Source: Candidatus Nanobsidianus stetteri
Lineage (GTDB): Archaea; Nanobdellota; Nanobdellia; Nanobdellales; Nanobdellaceae
Assembly (NCBI RefSeq): GCF_003086415.1
Contig: NZ_QEFP02000006.1
Span: 9,133 to 41,132, forward strand
Length of the DNA stretch: 32,000 nucleotides
Direction: 5' to 3'
How positions within the stretch are numbered: position 1 is the first letter of the stretch; each line of letters begins with the position of its first letter. A program made the translations under genes and the position numbers. Positions 9,131 to 16,910 of this stretch are shown here, piece by piece. The notes under the pieces were generated by a model, which was not told the origin of the DNA, did no database searches, and worked only from the letters and a program-made list of their open reading frames with translations.

Positions 9131-10648
9131 TTATTTTTTATCTGAAACATTTTTAACTATTGGCCTTAATCCTATATCCTCTAACTTTCTAATCAATTCA
9201 TTTTTATCAACCTCTTCAAAACTTATCTTTGATAATATTGTTTTATTTTTTCTCAATCCAGTTTCATGACCTTCGGGTGTTTCTATTAAATCCAATCTAC
9301 CCCAATGAGTACCATGAGCCATTCTTGCTTCTAACAATTCAGCTTCGCCAGATATTGAAGAAACAACCCTTGTTAAATGAGATAAAACAGAAATCTTGTT
9401 TGTTCTATCAAGAGCCTGTGAAATTCCTGTTCTATTTCTTGTCCATTTTCCAATAGCCATTACATTTTCAAATCTTTCAGTAAATATTTTTGATCTAAAT
9501 ATAGAGGTATATGAAGGTATTTTTCCTCTTTTTACTAACCTTTCATATTGATACATTGCATCTGTCATCAATGTTCTTAAAGTAACAAGGAAATATTCCC
9601 TAATTAATTCCCCAGGCGTTCTAACTATTTTATTTGCAAAGTGATCCTTTATATCTTCATCAATTTTTTCATGGGCTAATAATAATAATTTTCTTGCCAT
9701 CTTTAATAAATTGTATGCTTTTAATAATCTATCATTTGGTGATGTTCCAATATTGGGTAATAATAAGTTATCTAATATTGATAATAATTTTTCTCTTTTA
9801 ACTTCTGGAGAGCCTGATAATTTTAATTTATCAGCTAAATATCTTATTGCATCTTCAGAAGTTTTTATATTTTGGAATTCCAATAAATTAATATATACTT
9901 CTTCAAATTCTTCCCCTTCAGAAATTAATTGATTTATTTCAACATCCTTTTCTAAACCTAGAGCCCTTACCAAAGGTATTAACGGAACCTTTTTATATTT
10001 CTCAAATGATAAATATAATAAACCATCTTTTGTCATCTCCATTCTATGAGCCTTTAATTGAGTTAAAGATTCTGATAATAAATATCCACTATATTTTATA
10101 GAACCAGTTTCCCTTTGAACATAAAATTTATTTGTACCAAGTTCCTCAGATAATATAATTAATTTTTCATTTCCGTTAATAATAAAGTATCCACCTCTAT
10201 CTGTCGGATCTTCACCAATTCTTATTAATTCTTCTTCAGATAATCCATAAGTATTACAATATTTTGATCTAACCATTATTGGCAATCTACCAATTGGTAC
10301 CTGATATTTACTCTTAAATGTTTCATTTTCATATACAGAAAATTCCATAAATACTGATCCAGAATATGTAAGTTTTCTAATTCTAGCTTCTATCGGATAT
10401 ATTAATCTAGAAACTCCCTCCTTCTCCATAAAATCTGCTTTTTCCAACCATAATTTTTCTATTTTAAATTGCAAATCCCTTAATCCTGGAGCTAATAATC
10501 TTGGAGAAAATGTTCCCAATTCTCTTCCAATCTTTGTCATTTCTACATCAACAAAATATTCAAAAGATCTCAGTTGTACTCCTAACAGATCATTTTCCTC
10601 CAAATATTTATAAAATAAGATATAATTGTCTGTATTATTATTAGCCAC
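9131..10648 (-). CDS. rpoB2: DNA-directed RNA polymerase subunit B'' (N-terminal half of a split RpoB)
   Basis: 505 aa. GGYFIINGNEKLIILSE and the HGTHWGRLDLIETPEG region are present. Its stop is 2 nt from the rpoB1 start. Confidence 0.97.
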   Translation of the reverse strand: MANNNTDNYILFYKYLEENDLLGVQLRSFEYFVDVEMTKIGRELGTFSPRLLAPGLRDLQFKIEKLWLEKADFMEKEGVSRLIYPIEARIRKLTYSGSVFMEFSVYENETFKSKYQVPIGRLPIMVRSKYCNTYGLSEEELIRIGEDPTDRGGYFIINGNEKLIILSEELGTNKFYVQRETGSIKYSGYLLSESLTQLKAHRMEMTKDGLLYLSFEKYKKVPLIPLVRALGLEKDVEINQLISEGEEFEEVYINLLEFQNIKTSEDAIRYLADKLKLSGSPEVKREKLLSILDNLLLPNIGTSPNDRLLKAYNLLKMARKLLLLAHEKIDEDIKDHFANKIVRTPGELIREYFLVTLRTLMTDAMYQYERLVKRGKIPSYTSIFRSKIFTERFENVMAIGKWTRNRTGISQALDRTNKISVLSHLTRVVSSISGEAELLEARMAHGTHWGRLDLIETPEGHETGLRKNKTILSKISFEEVDKNELIRKLEDIGLRPIVKNVSDKK

Positions 10649-10680
10649 TTTTTATTTATATATATGATATCTTTATAAGC

Positions 10681-10995
10681 TTAATCTTCTACAACAACTC
10701 TATAATATATTTCTTCTCCAATCCATGGATTATTTCTTATGATCTTAACAATATCTCCTGGTTTAGCATTTAAATTCTTTAATGCTGGATCTGAGATTTT
10801 AATCTTTGGTAAATCTGATAAGGATACTTTATACTTTTCTAACAATTCTTTCTTTTCTTCTTCAGATAATATTATATCTTTTGGTACTAAATAATGTTTT
10901 GTTATATCAATTTCAGATAATTCTCTTAAACTTTCTTTAGGTTTATTATCCTTAGAAACTTTTTTAGATTTAGACTTTTTAGTAGATTTAGCCAT
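10681..10995 (-). CDS. rpoH: DNA-directed RNA polymerase subunit H (Rpb5 homologue) with a Lys-rich N-terminal extension
   Basis: 104 aa. [54 protein letters not shown]...YYRVVV is the RpoH core. It is the first gene of the rpo operon, as is usual. Confidence 0.9.
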   Translation of the reverse strand: MAKSTKKSKSKKVSKDNKPKESLRELSEIDITKHYLVPKDIILSEEEKKELLEKYKVSLSDLPKIKISDPALKNLNAKPGDIVKIIRNNPWIGEEIYYRVVVED

Positions 10996-11045
10996 TTATT
11001 TATTTTTTATAAAAAACTTATAACTTTACCTCTTAGATATTAGGA

Positions 11046-11897
11046 ATGGGTAGAATAGCTATATTCACAAAAACAAATTTACAAGATTATAGAATAATAA
11101 AATTAAAGGAGGAAATAAAAAATTATAATAACATTAGCATTATTGATATAGAAAAAGAAAATATATTTCCATATAATGAAAAAATATTAAACTATGATCT
11201 ATATTATTTTTTCGTTGGATCAAATTTTTTATCTGATATCCACTTTCTAGCAAAATATCTTGAACAAAATGGGAAAGAAGTAATAAATAAAATACATGTC
11301 AAAGAATCTATAATATCAAAAACTCTATTTTATAGTATCTTAAATAAATATGTAAAAATTCCAGAATTTGTAAAAATATATTCAATAGATAATATAGAAT
11401 ATGTAATAAATAAGATTGGATTTCCAATGATAATAAAGCACCAATTTATTCATAGAGGGGAATTTGTACATAAAATAGATAATGAAAAAGAATTATATAA
11501 TTTTTTAGAAAAATATTTATTAGAAAAAAGAATAAATATAAAAAATTTAATATTTCAAAAATATATACCTTATGAGAAAGATATAAGGATAATTTTCATA
11601 GGAAAACCGATTGGCGCAATGGAAAGGATTAATAAAAATAGTTTTAAGGCAAATATTAGTCAGGGAGGATATGGAAAGCAATATAAATTGGATCAAGAAA
11701 TAATAGATATTGGATATAAAATTATGGAAAAATGTGATTTACAAATATTTGCATTTGATCTATTATTAAAAGATAATCAATATTATTTGATAGATTTACA
11801 TCATATATTCCAGTATGAGGGATTTGATAAGTATTTAAATAAAAATATTACAAAAGAAATATTAAATTACTTAAATGAAATTAGTAATAAAAGCTAA
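11046..11897 (+). CDS. ATP-grasp ligase, RimK-like (alpha-L-glutamate ligase family); substrate unknown
   Basis: 283 aa. IIKHQFIHRGEFVHKI...IFQKYIPYEKDIRIIFIGKPIGAMERINKNSFKANISQGGYGKQYKL...FAFDLLLKDNQYYLIDLH follows the RimK/ATP-grasp C-terminal domain pattern. Confidence 0.8.
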   Translation: MGRIAIFTKTNLQDYRIIKLKEEIKNYNNISIIDIEKENIFPYNEKILNYDLYYFFVGSNFLSDIHFLAKYLEQNGKEVINKIHVKESIISKTLFYSILNKYVKIPEFVKIYSIDNIEYVINKIGFPMIIKHQFIHRGEFVHKIDNEKELYNFLEKYLLEKRINIKNLIFQKYIPYEKDIRIIFIGKPIGAMERINKNSFKANISQGGYGKQYKLDQEIIDIGYKIMEKCDLQIFAFDLLLKDNQYYLIDLHHIFQYEGFDKYLNKNITKEILNYLNEISNKS

Positions 11898-12282
11898 AGG
11901 GAACAAATTAATAAAGGCAACACATAAAAGTACTTTAGAAATTACTAAAGATAATTATTTAACTGAAAGAGGAGATTGTATAATTGGTATAAGTGCAAAT
12001 TACTCTGTAAAAGATTTACCAGAAGATCTTAAAGATCATTTATTAAATGAAGGAAAGATAAAGATTGTAATTAAAGTTGATGATTTAATAGATAATATAA
12101 TTGCATATGGTTCTAAAAAATTATTGTTAACAAATGATAGAAGTATTGTTATAAGAAAAAGCAATTATATTGATGATAGAACTTTAGCAATAAATTCAAA
12201 CAAGAGTGCTATTGATATTGATAGAAGATTAATAGAAAGATTGAAGAATGAGAGAGATATGGAATTTATTATATACTACTAA
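11875..12282 (+). CDS. DUF371-like protein
   Basis: 135 aa. IKATHKSTLEITKDNYLTERGDCIIGISAN matches my recollection of the DUF371 signature (H..T.E.T....T.rGDCI.G). It overlaps the ATP-grasp gene by 23 nt. Confidence 0.55.
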   Translation: MKLVIKAKGNKLIKATHKSTLEITKDNYLTERGDCIIGISANYSVKDLPEDLKDHLLNEGKIKIVIKVDDLIDNIIAYGSKKLLLTNDRSIVIRKSNYIDDRTLAINSNKSAIDIDRRLIERLKNERDMEFIIYY

Positions 12283-12535
12283 AATATTTATAAAGAATAA
12301 AATGTTTATCCTTAATTATAAAAAGAAGAGTATAAATATGGCTGTACAATTAATATTTATAATAATATAGTGGTAGTTATTGTAATTAAGTTATTTCAGC
12401 TACAAACATCAGAGATCGGTCAAATATCAAATACATAAATACAATAGGCAGTTTTAGATTGTTCAAGTTATTGTTCAAGCCCATATACATTTTGTACAAA
12501 TTATGAAAATACTTCAAACAGACTTTTTTATTTTT

Positions 12536-12560
12536 ATTTCCAACAAATTTGTCTGGAAAT
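12536..12560. repeat. 25-nt imperfect dyad ATTTCCAACAAA/TTTGTCTGGAAAT (one bulged base) preceded by T-runs, inside the long non-coding gap
   Basis: Read directly from the sequence. The outer arms are TTTCCA...TGGAAA. Function unknown. Confidence 0.5.
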
Positions 12561-12723
12561 ATAACATGTACAGAAAATACCAACGTAGATATTATATGTA
12601 ATTATATAACATGCTATTCAGTAAATAATATTATGTTTTATCAACTTGTAACAGTATATTTAGAAAGAGTTAATCAAACATATTTTAGAATTGCATAAAA
12701 GTTTTAATGGATTTTTATATATA

Positions 12724-13809
12724 ATGGGTGAAACTATTATAGATAAATTAATTGACGAAAACAAAAATATCAATAAACACATACTTATATTATATTTAAT
12801 AATATTTCCAATATCTATATTATTTTTTACAAATTTATATTATATCTTATTTGGAATATTTTACTTCTTTGCTTTATATTATTTCTTGAAAAATACAAAA
12901 TTCAATATGATAAAAATTTTATATTTATTAATTTTTATATTGCCTATATTAAATATTTTTAATAATATTTTATTTAAATATTTTGTTTATGTATTTTTTT
13001 CATTTATTTTATTTTATTTCTTTGGAAATTTTGTCGCAGAGAATAAATTATCTATAAATAGAAAGCAAATAATAATATTGATAATTTCCCTAATTTATGT
13101 TTTATTTATAACATCATATAATATTATAAATATTTATTCTTTATTTTTTATATCTCTCCTAGGTTTTTTATTCAATTTAGATGATAAAAAAATATATCAT
13201 TTAACTTCATTAAATTTTTTAAACAAATATAGCCAAATTATCTTCTCCATAATTTCTATTTTTTTATCTATACAGTTAATACTTTCCTTAATTGTTCAAA
13301 ATATTTTAATATTATTTAATATATCTTCATCTTCAATATCAGAACCTATTTTAATGTTAATATTATTTACTATATCCTCATTTTCAATATTAGAATTTAT
13401 TTTAATGCTGATGATTAAAAAAATATTTAATAAACCAGAGGGATTCACAATGTATATTTTAATATTAATAATATTTTTATTTATCTTCTTCACAATCCTA
13501 TTTTTCTTAATAAAAAATAATATAATTTACATTATTCAAAATATTATAATTATGTTTTTATTTTTCTTTACCGCAATTCACGCTTATTTGTATCATAGGT
13601 TTCCAGACAGTAAAAAAATAATTTTGGGAATTGTTTCAGGAATACCATTTATATTAATGAATTTCGTAAATTATTTCTACTATATTAATCCAGGAACTCT
13701 ATTTAATTTTCCCTTATTTATAATTTTATTTTCAATAAACTTACTAATATTGGCAATTATAGGATTAGTATTAATTTATATACATTCAATATATAAAAAG
13801 CATATCTAA
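12724..13809 (+). CDS. hypothetical polytopic membrane protein (about 10 or more TM segments)
   Basis: The ORF track begins at a TTG (12691). The first in-frame ATG is at 12724 and I prefer it. The protein is extremely hydrophobic and Ile/Phe/Leu rich, with no family recognised. It contains a diverged in-frame 51-nt internal duplication (13332..13433). Confidence 0.6.
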   Translation: MGETIIDKLIDENKNINKHILILYLIIFPISILFFTNLYYILFGIFYFFALYYFLKNTKFNMIKILYLLIFILPILNIFNNILFKYFVYVFFSFILFYFFGNFVAENKLSINRKQIIILIISLIYVLFITSYNIINIYSLFFISLLGFLFNLDDKKIYHLTSLNFLNKYSQIIFSIISIFLSIQLILSLIVQNILILFNISSSSISEPILMLILFTISSFSILEFILMLMIKKIFNKPEGFTMYILILIIFLFIFFTILFFLIKNNIIYIIQNIIIMFLFFFTAIHAYLYHRFPDSKKIILGIVSGIPFILMNFVNYFYYINPGTLFNFPLFIILFSINLLILAIIGLVLIYIHSIYKKHI

Positions 13810-13824
13810 ATTTCCCAAAGATAA

Positions 13825-14655
13825 CTATACTTTATTATTAAACATTGCAATAGTTTCTATTACTATTTTTGATGCTAAATTATCACATACTTCATTTGAA
13901 AATAATTCTACTAAATCAAAACCAATTAGATTAATATTTCTTAATTCCTTTATAATCTTAAAATAATGATATGGTCTAATTCCAATACCTTCTAACCAAT
14001 GTCCACATCCAGTATCAAATACATCTATATCAATTGAAATATATAAATTCTTATTTTTCAATATATCTGATATTTCTTTTGAAATTTCCTTTATATTATC
14101 CCAAACATCCAAAGGATTATAATATTTTATTCCCCATTCTTTTATTATATTCTTTTCTTCAAATGATAGATTAGATATACCAACAAAAATAATCTTTTCA
14201 GGTTCAATATAATTTTCCTTTATTAAATGATAAATAAGGCTTTGATAATTTGGATATGGATCTGGATGAATATCAGGATGAGCATCAAAATATAATAAAT
14301 AAAAATCCCTCCAATTTTCTTTAATAATTTTTAATATTGGATATGTTATTGAATGATCTCCTCCCAAAAATATATATTTTTTATCTTTCCTATATATTTT
14401 TTTAATTTCATTATATATTTTTTCATATAATTTATCTAGATCTTTTATATCTTCTAAATCTATATCACCATAATCATATATTTCTTCCATATTTATTTCT
14501 CCAAATATTGGAGAAAATATTCTATAAGATGCATCTCTAATTGATTCAGGTCCTTCAATATAATTTTTTATATGAGATAAACTACCAATTTCGGATGGGA
14601 TTCCTACTATTATCCATTTTGATTTATCATATTCACCCTGAGCATGTGCAAACAT
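13825..14655 (-). CDS. speB: agmatinase / arginase-family ureohydrolase
   Basis: 276 aa. The metal-binding motifs FLGGDHSITYP, YFDAHPDIHPD and YISIDIDVFD are typical of the arginase/agmatinase fold. The size is typical of archaeal SpeB. Confidence 0.8.
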   Translation of the reverse strand: MFAHAQGEYDKSKWIIVGIPSEIGSLSHIKNYIEGPESIRDASYRIFSPIFGEINMEEIYDYGDIDLEDIKDLDKLYEKIYNEIKKIYRKDKKYIFLGGDHSITYPILKIIKENWRDFYLLYFDAHPDIHPDPYPNYQSLIYHLIKENYIEPEKIIFVGISNLSFEEKNIIKEWGIKYYNPLDVWDNIKEISKEISDILKNKNLYISIDIDVFDTGCGHWLEGIGIRPYHYFKIIKELRNINLIGFDLVELFSNEVCDNLASKIVIETIAMFNNKV

Positions 14656-14688
14656 TAAACTAAAATAATTATCATACTTATATTTTTA

Positions 14689-15303
14689 ATGGATAAAGAA
14701 AAAATGATTGAAGAATTAAATAATCAAATATCAAAATGTACAAGATGTCCTTTATATAAATTTAAAACAAATTATGTTCCAGGTGATGGTAATCCAAATT
14801 CAAAGATATTATTTATAGGGGAAGCACCTGGTAGAGAAGAGGATAAACAGGGAAAACCTTTTGTTGGAAAAGCTGGACAAGTATTAACTGAAAATATAAA
14901 AAATATATTAAATATGGATAGAAAAGATGTATATATAACAAATGTTGTTAAATGCAGACCACCAGAAAATAGAGAACCTGAAGAAGAAGAAATAAAAGCA
15001 TGTTCCATTTGGCTAGAAAAGCAATTAGAAATAATTCAACCAGATATAATAGTAACTCTAGGTCATTATTCGACAAAATGGATTTTTGATTACTTTAAAT
15101 TAAAATTTTCTTCAATAACAAAATTGAGAGGAAAAATATTTAAAGTAAATAAATGGGGAAAAATTATTACAATAATTCCAACATTACATCCAGCATCTAC
15201 ATTATATCATAAAGAATGGAGAGAATATTTTGATCAAGATTTTAAAACAATAAAAGAAATATTAAATAAAGATAAAAGGGAGGGAATATTAAAATTTATA
15301 TGA
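14689..15303 (+). CDS. udg: uracil-DNA glycosylase, family 4 (thermophile-type, Fe-S)
   Basis: 204 aa. CTRCPL, GEAPGREEDKQGKPFVGKAGQVL, VYITNVVKCRPPENREP and HPAS are all present. Confidence 0.9.
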   Translation: MDKEKMIEELNNQISKCTRCPLYKFKTNYVPGDGNPNSKILFIGEAPGREEDKQGKPFVGKAGQVLTENIKNILNMDRKDVYITNVVKCRPPENREPEEEEIKACSIWLEKQLEIIQPDIIVTLGHYSTKWIFDYFKLKFSSITKLRGKIFKVNKWGKIITIIPTLHPASTLYHKEWREYFDQDFKTIKEILNKDKREGILKFI

Positions 15304-15352
15304 TGATGTTGCGCGCGACTGAATAAATGATGAATACACCTCCTCCCTGAAA
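15298..15352 (+). ncRNA. C/D box sRNA (2'-O-methylation guide)
   Basis: The elements are C box ATGATGA (15300..15306), a 12-nt guide TGTTGCGCGCGA, D' box CTGA (15319..15322), a 4-nt spacer, C' box ATGATGA (15327..15333), a 13-nt guide ATACACCTCCTCC and D box CTGA (15347..15350). The box order and the 12-13 nt spacers are canonical for archaea. It forms a GC-rich island in AT-rich surroundings. The ends are approximate. Confidence 0.75.
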
Positions 15353-15383
15353 AAATATAAAATAGTTAAAATATTAATTAATT

Positions 15384-15770
15384 ATGGATAACATTCAAGA
15401 TTTAGAAAACCAATTATTAACTCAAATAAGAAATTTATTATCACAAATAAATAACTATGTTTTACAATTACAAAGTTTAAATGAATATGAAAAAAATATT
15501 AGTGGAAATCCATATATTTTATATAATTATCAAATGCAAGAAATTAATAATTTAATAAATTTAATGAAATTGTTAATAAGTATTCTAGAAAGTATAAAAG
15601 ATTATATAACTTTATATTATAAAGAAATAAGTGGAAATACATATATAACACCAAATATAAAAGTTGAAATAATTGGACAAATAAATAATGGAATAAAAGA
15701 AATAAAAAGCATGATTGATAAATTATTTGTAGAAATAGAAATATTAACTAATAATTTACAGAGATTTTAA
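15384..15770 (+). CDS. hypothetical helical protein with two ~43-aa internal repeats
   Basis: 128 aa, rich in Asn/Ile/Gln/Leu, with a heptad-like pattern. The motifs ISGNPYI and ISGNTYI are spaced 129 nt (43 codons) apart. Confidence 0.5.
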   Translation: MDNIQDLENQLLTQIRNLLSQINNYVLQLQSLNEYEKNISGNPYILYNYQMQEINNLINLMKLLISILESIKDYITLYYKEISGNTYITPNIKVEIIGQINNGIKEIKSMIDKLFVEIEILTNNLQRF

Positions 15771-16076
15771 ATATTCTATTGTATAATTCAACATATCCTC
15801 ATTTATATCTAAACCCTCAATTATATACCTAAATTTTTTCTTTGGAATTATAATCTTAAATGGTTTTAACTTTTTATGATATTGAATCAATTCAAAATTT
15901 GAATTATATAGATAAATATCCAATGGTTTTAAACAAAAAAATGTATGAACAAATCCATCTTCAACATCCTTTTTTAAATCTAAAATATATATTGTATTTT
16001 CTTTTGGTAATTGAAACATTAAACCAATAAAAGATCTAAGAGGACCAAAATATTTTATATTATACTTGTATTCCAA
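15756..16076 (-). CDS. DUF192-like protein
   Basis: 106 aa. RSFIGLMFQ...[21 protein letters not shown]...FRYIIEG resembles the DUF192 pattern (rGLM...fwM...pLDi.f.d..g.v...yvlE), recalled from memory. It overlaps rps27ae by 17 nt. Confidence 0.55.
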   Translation of the reverse strand: MEYKYNIKYFGPLRSFIGLMFQLPKENTIYILDLKKDVEDGFVHTFFCLKPLDIYLYNSNFELIQYHKKLKPFKIIIPKKKFRYIIEGLDINEDMLNYTIEYLKSL

Positions 16077-16263
16077 TTTCTTTTATGTATCTTTTTTCTA
16101 TATTTTGCTTAAATTCTGTATATCCACAATATCCACAATGATACCTATCTTTATGTTCTGCCATAAATCTTCCACATTTTGGACATATCTTTTTTAATCT
16201 AACTACCTTATTATCTTCAACCTTATATAATCTTAATATTTTCAAATCTTTCTTTTCGCTCAT
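16060..16263 (-). CDS. rps27ae: 30S ribosomal protein S27ae (eS31)
   Basis: 67 aa. Zinc ribbon [23 protein letters not shown]. It follows rps24e, as in the conserved archaeal pair. Confidence 0.9.
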   Translation of the reverse strand: MSEKKDLKILRLYKVEDNKVVRLKKICPKCGRFMAEHKDRYHCGYCGYTEFKQNIEKRYIKEIGIQV

Positions 16264-16544
16264 TGTATAATTTTATTCCTTTTTAATATATGTTTTGGCT
16301 CTAATTTTTTCATATCTTCCTCATTCTGATATACATTTATAAATGCTTTTGATCTCTGTTTTCCAAATTCTGTCAATATTTTTTCTACTACAATTAAATT
16401 CTTGTCTTTTCCAATCATTGCTGAAATTTTTTCCCTTATATCATCCCTCTTTGGTGTTGGTTCATTTTTATGATCTATTAAAACAATAATTTCTTCTCTA
16501 TTTAATAATTGATTATTTTCCCTATTTATTATTTTTAGATCCAT
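16260..16544 (-). CDS. rps24e: 30S ribosomal protein S24e (eS24)
   Basis: 94 aa. [35 protein letters not shown]...[31 protein letters not shown] is the S24e core. Confidence 0.9.
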   Translation of the reverse strand: MDLKIINRENNQLLNREEIIVLIDHKNEPTPKRDDIREKISAMIGKDKNLIVVEKILTEFGKQRSKAFINVYQNEEDMKKLEPKHILKRNKIIQ

Positions 16545-16598
16545 GTAAATAATTTATATGATATAATTTTTTAAAATGATGAATAGAAATAGTATAAA

Positions 16599-16910
16599 AT
16601 GAACGATATCACTATAATGACTTATGGTCTATCATTCATAATAGGATATTTCTCAGCAGAATACATAATTAAGAAATTTTCACCAGAATTCTTTATTGAA
16701 ATTAGAACAAAGACAAGGGAATATAGAGCAAAAATTCATCATTTATATTTATCAATATTTGGAATAGTATCAATAATAATTGGAACAATTACATATTTAT
16801 ATGAATTATATATATTAACAACATTATTTTTAGGTGCAGCAATTCATGATGCGGTATTGGAAATAAGAAAAAGATTAAAAAAATTAGATTATATTAAACA
16901 AAGCAAGTAA
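16599..16910 (+). CDS. hypothetical small membrane protein (2-3 TM segments)
   Basis: 103-aa ORF with hydrophobic segments and a basic C-terminus. No family recognised. Confidence 0.45.
   Translation: MNDITIMTYGLSFIIGYFSAEYIIKKFSPEFFIEIRTKTREYRAKIHHLYLSIFGIVSIIIGTITYLYELYILTTLFLGAAIHDAVLEIRKRLKKLDYIKQSK

Noticed and set aside
11003-11016. Perfect 14-nt palindrome TTTTTTATAAAAAA in the 50-bp divergent gap between rpoH and the ATP-grasp gene, considered as a shared bidirectional TATA box.
   Set aside because: The spacing suits the ATP-grasp gene (about 36 nt to its ATG) but is too close to the rpoH ATG (about 14 nt). In DNA this AT-rich such strings are not discriminating. I leave it as an untested idea.
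12386-12583. 65-aa minus-strand ORF inside the long non-coding gap.
   Set aside because: No recognisable motif, odd composition, and it spans the dyad element. I treat the region as non-coding, but this is not certain (see the finding on the gap).
12691-12723. TTG start used by the ORF track for the 372-aa membrane protein.
   Set aside because: An in-frame ATG lies 11 codons downstream (12724). I prefer the ATG, but the TTG cannot be excluded without 5'-end data.
13332-13433. Diverged in-frame 51-nt tandem duplication (TTCAATATCAGAACCTATTTTAATGTTAAT versus TTCAATATTAGAATTTATTTTAATGCTGAT) within the 372-aa membrane protein.
   Set aside because: It is a real repeat but small and already diverged. 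It most simply reflects a local duplication of a TM segment and is not a repeat element or regulatory array.
14772-15008. 78-aa minus-strand ORF. Similar cases occur at 4171..4389, 7050..7307, 9229..9456, 9711..9932, 13296..13493, 17345..17629, 20230..20574, 20276..20479, 21324..21557, 21629..21850, 26804..27115 and 31433..31636.
   Set aside because: All are nested antisense (or out of frame) within longer ORFs that carry recognisable family motifs or a consistent membrane-protein character. AT-rich DNA yields many such chance ORFs.
16574-16640. ATGATGA (16576..16582) upstream of the 103-aa ORF, considered as a second C/D box sRNA. A similar ATGATGA occurs at 17042..17048.
   Set aside because: No CTGA D or D' box at the required 12-nt spacing, no second C' box and no GC-rich guide. 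Both are probably chance occurrences.
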